From assembly GCA_012295275.1 (NCBI GenBank), contig CM022677.1, positions 2,666,001 to 2,730,000 on the forward strand: DNA of 64,000 nt, in the 5' to 3' direction. Position numbers and translations under genes: made by a program. This document shows positions 27,517 through 41,020 of the stretch, in pieces. Every line of letters starts with the position of its first letter. Within the stretch, counting starts at the first letter, position 1. The stretch comes from Chrysomallon squamiferum. Its lineage: Eukaryota; Animalia; Mollusca. The notes beneath the pieces were generated by a model that was not told the origin of the DNA, did no database searches, and worked only from the letters and a program-made list of their open reading frames with translations.

Positions 27517-30500
27517 GATTGTGTTTAATTGTCTGTAATGTTAGAAAGAAATTATTATAAATAAACATCATCTGTCTCTTATTGTAATAGATTTTAATAA
27601 TAAATCACAAATAATTTAAACAAAAAATATATATCTATGAAAAAGTATCACTACAAATTTTACATTCTGTTCAATTTAAAAAGAAAAATTGTCTTTTATA
27701 ACTAAATTCATAAACATATTTGAAAATATTTCTTTATGAAAGATTTTCTAATACTAAACAAGAAGAATGCATTGATTAAATCAAAATATTTTAAAGTTAA
27801 GCAATACAAACATAACATGAAAATGTAATAATAATAATAATAATACAAATACCACTAATATTTCTCAAAGCTGAAATTCATAAAATTGTGAATTCTCCTC
27901 TGAATCTTCAGCACTGACCTGCCTTGTACTGTAAGGGAGAGAGTGAGATCTGAAAAACTCTGTCGTTGACCAAGTTTTTAAAAGAAATACAAAATCTGAC
28001 ATGGACTTGACAGTTTCCACCTGTAAATTGAAAATAATTCATTGTCACCAGCCTATAAAAATGACAGGCATTTTAGTTAAATAACTAATTGATAAGTTCT
28101 GTCATTTATTAGTTTACTAATAGATACCAAAGCTTTTCAGTTCTAATAACAAAATGTTAATATCATTCTGCACTAGGTATGTGAATTCAGTCATTTTGAT
28201 TACTTTACTTTTTTGGAACACTTAGAACTGATCCTATACACCTAATTTTAGATCTGATTAAAAATATAAGTTAATAATCTGGCAACAATAAATTTATCCA
28301 GAATAATAATCTTTTAATCCCAAAAGAGAATTCCAATTAATTACAAATATTTAACATTTTAAAATGTGATGATATAATTAATTCAAACCACAAAAAGGTC
28401 CTTTACACCTTCAGATCTTTTTGAAATATTTAAGAAAAAAAAATGTATACCAGTAAATGACAGCTGAATAAATTCATAAAAAATAAACATTATCTGTGAA
28501 TATCATTCAGTTCATCAGCTAGTTTATGTATATTATTCTAACACAAAACAAAAGTTAACAGATTTGAATCCTGAACGAGGAAGTGATCCAGCTGATTAAA
28601 AAAAATAATAATTGAACAAAATAAAGCAGATACTGCAACAGTAACACTGAAACTAATCAACTCTGTGTCATCTGATATATAAAGTTTTGACTGGTAGGAA
28701 ACAGAGTTGTAAGGATTTACATCTGCGTCTTCCTGATCAATGGCAGTTTATAACATAATTACCACCAACTTGATGGCTGTGCATTTGGAAGGTACATTTT
28801 TCAGGAATATTGAGGAATTTTTATAAAACAGAATCAAGAAATAAAGTACTGGTTTTGACAGGTTTTTGTTTTGTTTTATTTTATTTTATTATTATTATTA
28901 TTGTTGTTGTTGTTGTGGTGATGGTTGTTGTTATTGCTATTATATATTTTTAAATAATTTATTTAAAATGCTATTTGTGCTGATACAGAAAAAAAAAAGC
29001 AAACAAAAAAACATTAATATCCCTTCCCTGCAAACCACATAAGTATAAAATCCACCGATCTGTCTTGTATCTGATTACATGAAAGGTCTTCCAAGCTGGT
29101 CAAGAAAATCCTCTGAAATGCTGGATCCAAAGTTTGTGCTGGTGGTATGATAGATATATTTAAACAACTATCTTGTTTCCTACTATTTGTTCAAGATTGG
29201 GCAATTTTGTGGATTTTGTACATTCCCCTTTTTTTAGCCAGATTTATCTAAATAAACAAATATAGAAAGAAAAATTAATAAAATAAAAATTAATTAACAA
29301 TAAATAAAAAATGAGCATCAAGTTTATCATTCTAAATCTTAACATAAATTATTTAAATGATTATTTTTTTTACCTATTTCAGGCTAGGAGCATTTGATTA
29401 ATTTGCACAATAAAATCCTTGGGAAGAAAAATTTCAGTCATGGAAAATTATTATAAATTATACTGACTGGATATAATGGTAACATTCAAGAAGCAGCAAA
29501 AATAACTTTAAAAAAGACTAAATCCTTTACCTGAGCAAACCTTACAATTAATGAGTTAAAACCTTAATAAAAAATATAATTTTTATAGGCGTGCATTACA
29601 GACAACAAAATAATGAGAATTCTACCATTTTAACTAAGTCTGTGTGAAATTAATATTTCTCATAAAATTATTATTATGGCTCTTGTTTTAAAACATATAG
29701 AAGAAGAAAAAAAGTATTACTATAAAACATATCAAGACCACTTACTTCAGAACAGTGCTCTGTTTTATTGATTTCCTCTGTCTGGCTAGTAACTGTATCA
29801 GATGAATTTGTCAGCTTCAGGTTTGTTTTCTCAAAATCACCTGCAAAACCAGAAATATTTATTTTCAGCTTGCACAAGATTACTAATTTAGCAATTTTGG
29901 AAGTAAAGCTGGATTAGCCACAGTTAACAAACTCAAAATGGTTTCCAGCTTACAGTTTGTTTTATCTGTATTCACTGAGTACATTTCTCTTTTATTTCCT
30001 CTGTCATCTTGAACTTCTACAATGATCTAGCAGACTGTTTTGGCAGGCATCCCGGCTACTAATAATTATTTATGATGAGCCTAAAACTGTGACAGGAATA
30101 TATCTCATAGAGAAAAACCAAAAACAAATTCATAAATAAAAATTAAGAAAGACATTTAATCCCAAATCTAAACTAATTACTTCTGCTAGTTAGACTCTTC
30201 AAAGGAATGAAGGTCAGATCTATATCTGATGGATGCTATTAATTTAAATGTTTATGATCTACATGCAGAGAAGTTTTGAATGCCAGCATTTTAAAAAATA
30301 AATATATAAAATAAAGTAAATATTAAAAATAAAATATTAATTAAATCTAAATAGATTAGAGCGATAACAAATATGTCTAAAATAAAGATGAATTTGAATA
30401 ACATAATTAAAGCTATAGAAGAATTTTTCATTCAGAAACACATTAATCAAAATTATGAACTGATTTCACACATAACTGAATATCACTCCTTTATACAAAT

Positions 30501-31335
30501 ACAATGAAATGCAGTACTTCTTGGCTCAATTTTTGTGAGTTAAAAATGAAACTGTTTTGGTTACTCCTAATACAAATATAAGCTAAAAAGAACTGCTGCT
30601 GAACTTCAAGCCTTTTGTCTTTGCCACGCACACTGTTTTTCTTTCCCTGGTTTTAGCATGTTCAAGTTTTTCAAATTTTTTTCTCCTGATATTTGACTGT
30701 TGAGATTGGTGACTGGTGTAAGACTCTCCAACTTAAGAATTGACGTGGTCGGCTTCAATGTCCATGTCTGAATCAGAGTCACATTGGTGGGTGCACTGCC
30801 TAGTTTGAGTAAATAAATAAATAAATAAAATACTGTAAAAAATATAAAATAAATAAAACACTGCTACTACAATGTTTACTGCAACACTATATGCTACTTT
30901 TATTAACATCATTACTGTAACTAAAATTTACTATTATTACTTATTCAACTAGGGTAACTGTTATTGAAATAATACTCCTATTACTAAAATTACGATCCAT
31001 AATAATAAAAGTGATTTTTTTTACTCTCTTCACCATTACTCCTGTTCCTGTATTTCTTTACTCAAATATCAATTCTACAACGTTACTACAACAAGTAGTA
31101 TTATTATTACAAGTACTAATGATGTAACAACTACATTACTACAACACTGGCAATGACTAATACTACTGCTATAACAACAACCTCTATAGATCCTCCTGTT
31201 CTGCCATATTCTTTGATGACATTTCTCTCCTATGGTGACTCACTAAATTAGCTCTTCTTGTGGACAGAGCAGTTTCTGAAAAACAACAGTAATTTATTTA
31301 TTTACCTATGTAGTTATATCTGTATCTGTGAGATA

Positions 31336-31429
<94 letters not shown>

Positions 31430-32300
31430 CGGTCCTTCAAACTATCAATATCGCTGACATCACTCTCATGAATGTTGCCTTCCTGAGTCTCATCTTACTA
31501 TAAAACTTATTTTATTTGCTAAGAAAGAAAAATAACTTGTTCTGCTGCTGCAGCTATGGGCCTTTGTTTTCTTTCTCTCTCTTTTCTTTATCTTCTCCTC
31601 CAGCTTCATTCTCAGAGCAGCAAGCTCAGACATCACCTGCTGGTCAAGTTCCTGGCTGTTGTCTTTGTCACTGACATGCAGAGCCATCACAGTCATCTGC
31701 CAAGTGATTTTTGCCATCGCAGTCATCTGCCTAGTTTTTTGTTTTGCAGAGTAGCAGATAACCTGGAAAACATCAAAAATAAACAATGATATGAAAAATA
31801 AAATGGATAGTAATAATAAAGATTACAAAAATAATAATAATAAATATAAAACATAATAATAATAATAAAAAGTAGTAGTAATAATAAGAAGATGAAAAAG
31901 AAGGAATTACAACAAAACAAAACAAAATGTAAATAAGTAAATTAAAATTGACCATTAAGAAAAGAAGGGAAACAAAGAACAGGATAACAAATTATTTGTG
32001 TGTGTTTATGTGTGTGTGTTAAATATTATTATAACAAATAGTTTTATTAATATTTTACAGTGTCTACAAATGAAATAACCTGGTTATGTATTTCTTAAAT
32101 TTGTTTTAATTTGTATAAAAATATAATTTAAATATGTTTCATAATTATAGAACAAGTCAGCAATTTAACATAAATCTTTAAAAATAATAAATCATAAATA
32201 AACTGACAGAAAACAACCTGTCAAATTAGCATATTTTCTTTTAATAGTTTTGTAAGTTTATTTAAAAAAAAAAACAAAAAAACAACAACAACAAAAAATA

Positions 32301-32336
<36 letters not shown>

Positions 32337-32569
32337 TTCAAATTCTCTGTGCCTTGTTGTGTGGTGTTTCCTTTGATGTGTACTACAGAAATCAATTTAT
32401 TTTAAAACAAATTTAATTACTGGCCACTCAAAAGTTGCCCCCAGTAGGCTGATACATCATATAATGATTGGTAAAACAAAATTAAACATGATGTCTTCTT
32501 TATATGACGTTGTTTATGCTTTTCACATTAGTAGAACCACTGGTGAATGTTATTATTAACAATAAATAC

Positions 32570-32606
<37 letters not shown>

Positions 32607-32840
32607 TGTTCCCAATCATGACTTAATTATAATTAAATAAAATAAAAAAAAAAATCCAAACACATTAACATTTATAATAATAAATAGTAATACCTGTCTC
32701 CGTCACAAAATAAAATACTTTAAGCAACTTTTTTAATGCGATTACACCAATTCTGTAGAAAATTCTTCGAACATCAAATAAAAAAGTAAATCCGTAAAGA
32801 CCGACAATCATCCCGCATTTTGCTCGCATATACAATCCCA
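27395..32840 (-). pseudogene. Second minus-strand series of exon-like relics (~27400-27471, 27920-28020, 28600-28820, 29025-29247, 29710-29840, 30590-30799, 31182-31275, 31440-31762, 32694-32840)
   Basis: GC-richer islands, most starting at polypyrimidine-ag acceptors. Protein-like text (SCLNISIIPPAQTLDPAFQRIFLTSLEDL; TALSTRRANLVSHHRREMSSKNMAEQEDL*) is interrupted by stops. Parent genes not recognised. Confidence 0.5.
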
Positions 32841-33514
32841 AAGAAAATAAATAAATAAATAAACCAAAAATTAAATAATGTTCAAAACAAATAAAATAAA
32901 ATAAAGGAACATAACAATCTTTATTAAAATCTATTTATTTTATTTATTTATTTATTTATATATATATATTTTATCTTATTATTAGCCAATCGTTGACCGT
33001 AAACTTCAAATAAACGGTGTTTTTATTTTTTTTACCCTACTTTTTCTTTCTTCTGTTTATTAATATTAATGCACCAAATAAAATCACAAAGCTTACAACT
33101 CACACTACAATAAGTTGCTTATTATTGCGCAGGAATTTACCAATGTTTGATCTACGTCTGAAAGCATTGTCTGAAAAAAATAAATGATTTTGCCTTTTAT
33201 TAAATATTGCAATTAGTGTCCAAATCCTACGTCAAAAAAATATCATTAATATTTCTATTACTGAGGCCGTCATTGCCGTCGTTCCAGGATTGTTCTTAAC
33301 ACTTCATTATTCTTCTTTTTATTCGCTATTATTCTTATTCTGTGACCGTGCCCGTCCTTTATTAAAAACTATCATTTCTATTTCTATTAATGAGGCATCA
33401 ATGCCGTCGGTCCAGGATAATAACTTTCTGAGCTGGCGAACCACCTCTTCAAACATATTATTGTGATTTCTACTAATGTCGACGTCGTTCCAGGATTGTT
33501 CTTAACGTCTTGGT

Positions 33515-34443
33515 TAATATCACACATCACTGTACACAGTTTTTTTTACTTAATGCTACTAATATCACGTCACTGTATAGTGTTTATTTACTTAATGCTA
33601 CTAGTATCACATTACAGTATAGTATTTATGTACTTAATACTGCTAATATCACACATCACTGTACAGTATTTTTTTACTTAATGCTACTAATATCACGTCA
33701 CTGTATAGTGTTTATTTACTTAATGCTACTAGTATCACATTACAGTATAGTATTTATGTACTTAATACTGCTAATATCACATTACTGTTCAGTATTTATT
33801 TACTTAATGTCTGCCAATATCACGTTACTGTATAGTGTTTATTTACTTAATGCTACTAGTATCACATTACAGTATAGTATTTATGTACTTAATACTGCTA
33901 ATATCACATTACTGTTCAGTATTTTTTTTAATTAATGCTACTAATATCACGTCACTGTATAGTGTTTATTTACTTAATCTACTAGTATCACATTACAGTA
34001 TAGTATTTATGTACTTAATACTGCTAATATCACACATCACTGTACAGTATTTTTTTACTTAATGCTACTAATATCACGTCACTGTATAGTGTTTATTTAC
34101 TTAATGCTACTAGTATCACATTACAGTATAGTATTTATGTACTTAATACTGCTAATATCACATTACTGTTCAGTATTTATTTACTTAATGTCTGCCAATA
34201 TCACGTTACTGTACAGTATTTATTTACATAATACTGCTAATATCATTTTTTCTGTTCAGTATTTATTTACTTAATACTGCTAATATCGCATTACTGTACA
34301 GTATTTATTTACTTAATACTGCTAATATCACATTACAGTATAGTATTTATGTACTTAATACTGCTAATATCACATTACTGTACAATATTTATTTACTTTA
34401 TGTCTGCTAATATCATGTTACTGTACTGTATTTATTTACTTAA
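33515..34443. repeat. ~42-bp minisatellite with higher-order organisation
   Basis: Unit ATATCACATTACTGTACAGTATTTATTTACTTAATACTGCTA; four variants recur in ordered runs. Confidence 0.95.
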
Positions 34444-34619
34444 GAGGAGATTCTTCATGATTCACAGAATATAGTCGTCTACAGAGAGAAAGAATGAAAA
34501 ATAAAAATCATTTTGTATCTATTAAAACTTACATTTATTCAAACACATTCATAAAATAAAATTCAAGAATAAAAATATTGCAGTAACATAATACAAAATA
34601 GAAATGACATAAAATGTTT

Positions 34620-34745
34620 TAACATGGCCAGTTTGGATACACGATTGATAAGTAGTGACATCTAACTTGTATGTATTTTGAAGAAGAGACAGAACTGCAG
34701 ACAATCCTTCTAAATCTTCATAACTTGAGAGGTGCGCCACTCCTA
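34620..34745 (-). pseudogene. Short prolyl 4-hydroxylase alpha relic, inverted relative to the adjacent copy
   Basis: HLSSYEDLEGLSAVLSLLQNTYKLD aligns with HLPSYEDLEGVAAALFRLQDTYKLN at ~35650-35727. Confidence 0.85.
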
Positions 34746-34824
34746 AATGACAGTTGTAATGCACATTTTAAACTGGGTTTCTTTTTTTTTTTTTTTTCGT
34801 GTTTTCTTGAGGAGTGTTTTTTTT

Positions 34825-34855
<31 letters not shown>

Positions 34856-34973
34856 GTGTGTATGTTACTTTATTCTATAATTTCCATAATATACGTAGGC
34901 AGACAGACAGACAAATAGAAAAATAGGTACATACATATAATCAAAGGATAACAGAAACATAACACACCAACAG

Positions 34974-35055
<82 letters not shown>

Positions 35056-35286
35056 TACACACATAAACTCAAAGACAAAAACAAATGTACAGCAAATAAG
35101 AAAAAGTAAAACTAATAAAATAAATAAAATAAACAGAAAATGAAATATAAAATAATGAAACATGTCGTTTTATGCGCCCCCACCACACTTTGTCTGCGAA
35201 ATGTAAACTAACATATGTTTAGAATTAAAACGTCTATTTTTATACCAGATATTTTGAATTCATATCAGTAGTAGATACCTTCAAAT

Positions 35287-36786
35287 ATGCATCAGCAGTA
35301 CACTATTTTAGTTTTGCTTTTATCAGCTGTGAATTCAGAACTGTTTACGTCCGTTTCACATCTCTACAGGTCTGTACTAGCAGGAAGAGACTTGGGAACA
35401 GCATTAAGAAATTTCAGTCATGTTTATGAAGGAAGAACTAAAATGGAAAATTTGAAAATAATTTCAGATCAAATGGAATAGTACTGTTCGATCGCACTAA
35501 AAGATCCAAATCGTTACAAAGCCAACCCAATTGGTACATTTTTATATATTAAACGTTTCACTTTGGACTGGGAACGAGATGTTCAGCCTATTCTTCACGA
35601 AAGTATTACGTCCCAGACAGAATTAACCGAACTACAAGAAATTCGTGAACATCTTCCAAGTTACGAAGATTTAGAAGGGGTAGCTGCAGCTCTGTTTCGA
35701 CTTCAAGACACGTACAAATTAAATGCTACAAGATTAACAGAAGGTTTTATATATGAACGATATATACAGAGATTATCAGCAGAAGACTGTTATCAATTAG
35801 GTCGCCTTGCATACAAAATGAAAAAATACAAATATGTGCATATCTGGATGGAGACAAGTCTTGAGAAAGTAAGAACAGAAAAAATTCATGGCTATGAAAT
35901 ACACGGTAGAGAATTAGCGGGACAGATAGAACAAGTTTTAAATCTGACATATGAACAGTTAATGTTAGCTCGTGGACAAAAACGTGCTCCGAACAGAAGG
36001 AAAAAGTATTTAAGTATATCAAAACTTAGGAAAGAAAAGTTAAAAGGAAATGCCAAGTTAAAGAAAAAACAACTTTGGATACTATCTGTCGTGGTGAAGA
36101 CGTTATTAAAGTACGACAGCGACATCGTCTGAAATGTCGCTACTATTGCAATATCAAAAATCTGCTTCTAATTCTTAAGCCTGCTAAAGAAGAGATTCTG
36201 CTTTTCTCACCGAAAATTGCTCTCTATCATGATTTTTTTCAGTGATGCTGAAATTGAAGACATTAAAACAGTTTCTATGCCACTTTTAAAAACATATGAA
36301 ATTGATTACTATGCAAAACATGTGAAATCTGAGAAAATAATTAACAAACATACATGTCAAAGAAGAGGTTGCATAGAAGCAGACACGAGAAGTCAGAAAA
36401 GAATTGAAGTAATCACATGTCTTTCAATGAAAGCTTCAGAGCCACTTCAGGTGGCAAACTATGGAATAGGCGGACAGTTCACGGCTCATACTGACTATTT
36501 CAACATAGCATATTCTTCCGGTGAAAACAGAATTGCCACGTGGTTAAACTATTTGACTGATGTAGAAGGAGGTGCAACAGTGTTTCTTCATCTTGGTGTA
36601 AGAATACAACCTAAAGCAGGTGCAGCTATATTTTGGTATAATTTCTATCGGAATGGTTCTCCTAACAAAATGACAATTCATGGAGCTTGTCCCGTTCTGT
36701 TTGGCTCTAAATGGGTGGCCACGTACTGATTTCTAGAAAAGGAACATGAATTCAAGCGGCCATGGTCCACAAATCCAGAAGAATAA
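35287..36786 (+). pseudogene. P4HA: Intronless collagen prolyl 4-hydroxylase alpha subunit pseudogene
   Basis: Signal peptide + ELFTS; NPIGTFLYIKRFTLDW; EDLEGVAAALFRLQDTYKL; LSAEDCYQLGRLAY; ICRGE...LKCRY...LKPAKEE...YHD; EPLQVANYGIGGQFTAHTD; NRIATWLNYLTDV; HGACPVLFGSKW. Disablements: TAG 35479-81, a frameshift before ~36078, a +1 frameshift in the T run 36233-39, and TGA 36727-29. True stop TAA 36784-86. Confidence 0.93.
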
Positions 36787-39700
36787 ATGAAATACAGTGT
36801 AACTTTTAAAGTGCGCAGGTCCTAGAAAGAGATTTCTTGCTTATTGATTAACTTTTGGTTTGTAAATATTTTCCATAGGCATTTATGTAAAAAAAAAAAA
36901 AAAAAATGATTACTCTCGTTCAAAATATAATGATTACGTCTTGTAGCTTGAGTGTCTTCAACTTCTTAGAATCAGTGTAAATGTTACACTTTGGCTTTAG
37001 GTATAAGATACAACGACAGCAACAATAAGAATATAACAAGAACAAACAAAAAATATACGAATGCGGACAAACCGATATAAACATGCCTGGTGTTGTATTC
37101 TTTGTTCTTGATATGAAAATTAAAGTGTTAACTGTAAAAGGAGATCATTTCTTAAACACTGATGGCAATTTGAACATAATTAGACTAGCGCGTGAGATAA
37201 AATGATCGCTCTACTTCGATGGCTTAACAAATAATGATATCAAGCTTCTTGTAATATAATATGCAGTTAGATGAACAAGATTATTATTAGATTTGCACTT
37301 GTTTCCAGTGTAAACAAAACTATTTAGCTATACACACATATGTTACATGCAACTGTAGAAAATCACAGAGAAAACGTTGGTCTCAATGAATCATCCGGTT
37401 TTGACAGCGTCCACTGTATTTATTTGTATTGTTTATATTTTAATTACTGATCATATTAATATATACGGTATATTGTTTATATTGTATGAAAAGTTTATAT
37501 TCCTGGAACGTACCTACACATTTACATTTATAACTCATTATACAGCTATATACGACGTTTCGTTATCAGCTATTTTCTGTGGTGTGCAGTGACCTGCACC
37601 GAGAACCCCGCAAACAGAAGAAAGAAACAAACTATAGCTGAAGGGAGACTACTCTCATATAATTTCATATAATATATTATTTCGGGGGGAGGCGCGATTT
37701 CTCTTTTATTTGCGGTGTTTGTTATTTATGTGTTTTTTTTCAGTTAAATGTAGATTCTAAGAATCACGAAGATTTGACTTCTTTATATATACAGGTAATG
37801 GTAGAATATTACTTTCTTGAAATGTTTTTTTGCTTTTTTTGTATTCTTTATATACTTTGGAGTACATGTTTGTAATTTAGTTTGTAAAATGTTTCGTCGT
37901 CTGCTTTATGGAAAGTTTTCAAGGGCAGATAATCGAAAATGAATTATTAAACAATACGATGTAGAATCTTGTCACAAGACTCGAGTGTAATTTTTTTTTT
38001 GTAAATATTTTGCTGAATTTTTACTGATCAATCAGCAGAGTAATCAGTTATATTTTGCTTTTCATTTAAATTATTGTGTAATTATATTTAGCAGCTATGT
38101 AATAGTATTTTCAAAAATATAATTATCTTTTAAAGTATGTAACTTAAAAATAATGACAAAATAAAAAAAGTAATTATAATAAAATAAAAATAAAATAAAA
38201 AAACTGGAGAATTTTTATCAGAATAAAATTTGCTTGATATTTTTCCTTCGTAATCTGGAAAAATCTGAGATTCATTTCAGTCATTTGGCAAACAGAATAC
38301 TGAATATCTAATACAGTTTCAAACCAGTTTTATATCAAAATGATGATTTCTAAAGCTCAACAGAATTTTAAAGCATGATGCAGAAATTAACAAATTTTAA
38401 TTAATTGCACTAAATAACTCAGATGTACCTTACAGTTTAATTATTAATTTCCCAATTTAAGTAACTGTTAATTCATTTATTGTATGAAATTGGCAGACTT
38501 GTCTGTCAATTCTCAGTTGTTCACATATTTAGAAACGAATATGAAAACGAAGCTGAATATATATAATACATCATGATATTTGCTTTAATTTTAAATTACT
38601 TTAATTAGAGATTATCAGTTATATTAACTTAGCTTTCTCAGTGTTTTAAGAAAATAATCTCATATATTCTTAATTACATAATTTGGTAAATTTGAATGTT
38701 AGATTAATCATGTAATTTCATGTAGAGAGAGATGTAAATTGTGTCGCGGAATGTCAACTTACTGCGGTCATAAGACAAAGTATCACACTGTGACACTGAA
38801 AGGTGCACAGTTAATTTTCAGTAATATCAATACAATAGTAAATACAGCATTCATCTAGAACTTCACGCCTTTCTGTATGTTCTTATTATTGTTAATAATA
38901 AAATAACTTATTATTAAAGACCATAATTTTTCAGTATATAAGAAGGACATTAATTTTTGGGGAAAAAAAATAATAATATTAATATTAATTGTTGTTTATA
39001 ATAAAATATTTCCTTTTTCGGAGGCCTAGAATTGTTTTTGATCAGAGGACTGGTAAATTCATCACAAACAACAAAACAGTTTGGTCGTATAAACGGCTGT
39101 ATTGTTAGCTGAAATATTTTTATTGAAATGTACGCAAACTAATAAAAACATGTTCTTTATATCAATTCAAGTCTTTTGTTTTATGATTTACAGTCAGCGA
39201 TCAAGTGGGTTAAGAGAATTTACATTTGAAGAAATCACAGTTGTTTTCACATCGGTGTTTACAAAAACGCCGTTTCTAAAGTTGTTGGTGCACTCCTCGT
39301 CATTTCTTTTAGCTTTTTTATTCGCAGTTATTTATATTTTCTGACCCGGCCCGTCCTATATTAAAAAATATTATTATTACGTTTATTAATGTCGTCGTCA
39401 TCACCGTCGTAACGGCGATGTTTTCAACGTTCAACTTATTATTTTGTCTTTTATTAAGTATTACAATTAGTGTACACATCCGACATTAAGAAAAATATCT
39501 ATTAATGAGGCCGTCATTGCCGTCGTTCCAGTATTGTTCTTAGCGTCTTGATGTACACCTGATTACTGCGTGGATGGGGAAATGGATCATTGAAAAGAAG
39601 TTGCTGAAAGGTAAGATTAATGTTCAGCAGACACAGAGAAACACACAGATACTTGACACGGCGTCATGAAAATAACACTTGCAGTTTTAACGCAGTCATC

Positions 39701-40284
39701 ACTATCTATATTAGACGTCATTAGTTTCTCAACAGAGATGTAGCGGTAATATTAACACACTGTTTTAGAAAATACAACGTCCGTTTTAGTAATGTGATAA
39801 TTTTACTAATTCTAAATCGTGAACTAAAAAGGTGTAATTTTACTGTACGTCGAACTTAAATGTTATAAAATATTGATAATCAGAGATAATCTGTTAGATA
39901 TTAATGACAATCATAAATGATAATTTTTCACGGCGTAATGAAAATAAGCGGCTTAATTACCCGCAAAAAGAAAAAGGTGAGAATTAATTGCTGGTTGAGC
40001 GGTGATTTTTACTGTTAACTGTGTTAAGAAATGTTAATGTCAGATTTTGTTAACATCTCAGAGTTATTTCCCTGGAATCACGACAGTTTGTAGTTTTTAT
40101 TTTGTCGTATAAACGGCCGTGATTTATTTTATTTTTTGGTTTAGTAATCGTTCTGAATACATGCATTTAGTCATCAAACACTCACTAAAATATTACCCAA
40201 GCCACGCTGAATCACATACATGAATGTAAAAGAAAAATAAGTAATACTGAGATGAAACTATCTAAAGAGAGAGTTATTTCTTCT

Positions 40285-41020
40285 CGCTGCCTCCCACCAA
40301 GTTTGTTTTTTATCCAGTGTAAAATATTCTTCTAACATTTCTTCTTGTTTTCTGTCAGACCACGGACCTGTGTTAATTTATTAATATTTATCTTAATTAT
40401 TTACGTTGCATTATTGTGATGAAATTTTATGTTACGTAATTATATATACATTTATACAAATGTATTTTGTTTATATTGTATAGATTTATACATATTTATA
40501 CTGTTATGTTTTATAAACTTATAAATAATTACTTAGTTATGTGATGACATGCTTAGACAAGTTGTACAATATGTAATATGTAATATTGCTTCGTTATTAT
40601 TATTGTTATGTTACGTTATGTTATGTTACTGTATATATAATATTGCTATGATTTATACTTAGTTACGTCAAAATATGTGAGCTAATTTTGAATTGATAGT
40701 AAATAGTTTATTTTTAAACTATGTTATGTCATAACGTGTTGGTTTATGCTGTTATGTTAAATCCTATTTCGTATTGTTGTTCCGCTATGCAGTTATTGTT
40801 ATTTGTTGTCGTCGTTATTGTTGTTGTTGATGTTGTTACTGTTATTATTGTTACTTTCGTTCGTCTTGTCATTGTTGTTTTTGTTGTTATTATTATTATT
40901 AACAATGATACGAGCATTTCATGTTAAACATCGATTAAACATTCAGTACTCTCTATTTTGAAAAAGGTCTGCTTTTAATGTAATCATCATATACAAGAAA
41001 TCTCAATAAATAAAATTCAT
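40285..41020 (-). pseudogene. Truncated 5' stub (copy 0) of the lectin-WSC receptor gene
   Basis: 40285-40370 is near-identical to exon 2 of copy 1 (55387-55471). The ATG context is kept at 41018-41020, but the rest of the signal-peptide exon is deleted. Upstream 41020-42075 matches 56640-58020. Confidence 0.85.

Noticed and set aside
36727-36729. TGA at a conserved Trp (and TGA at 9321) as recoding or selenocysteine
   Set aside because: Both genes have independent frameshifts or other stops, and TGG is used for Trp elsewhere; simple TGG>TGA and probable CGA>TGA mutations suffice.
35287-36786. Intronless P4H as a bacterial or viral horizontal transfer
   Set aside because: It has the signal peptide, N-terminal dimerisation region and TPR-like substrate-binding region of animal collagen P4HA.
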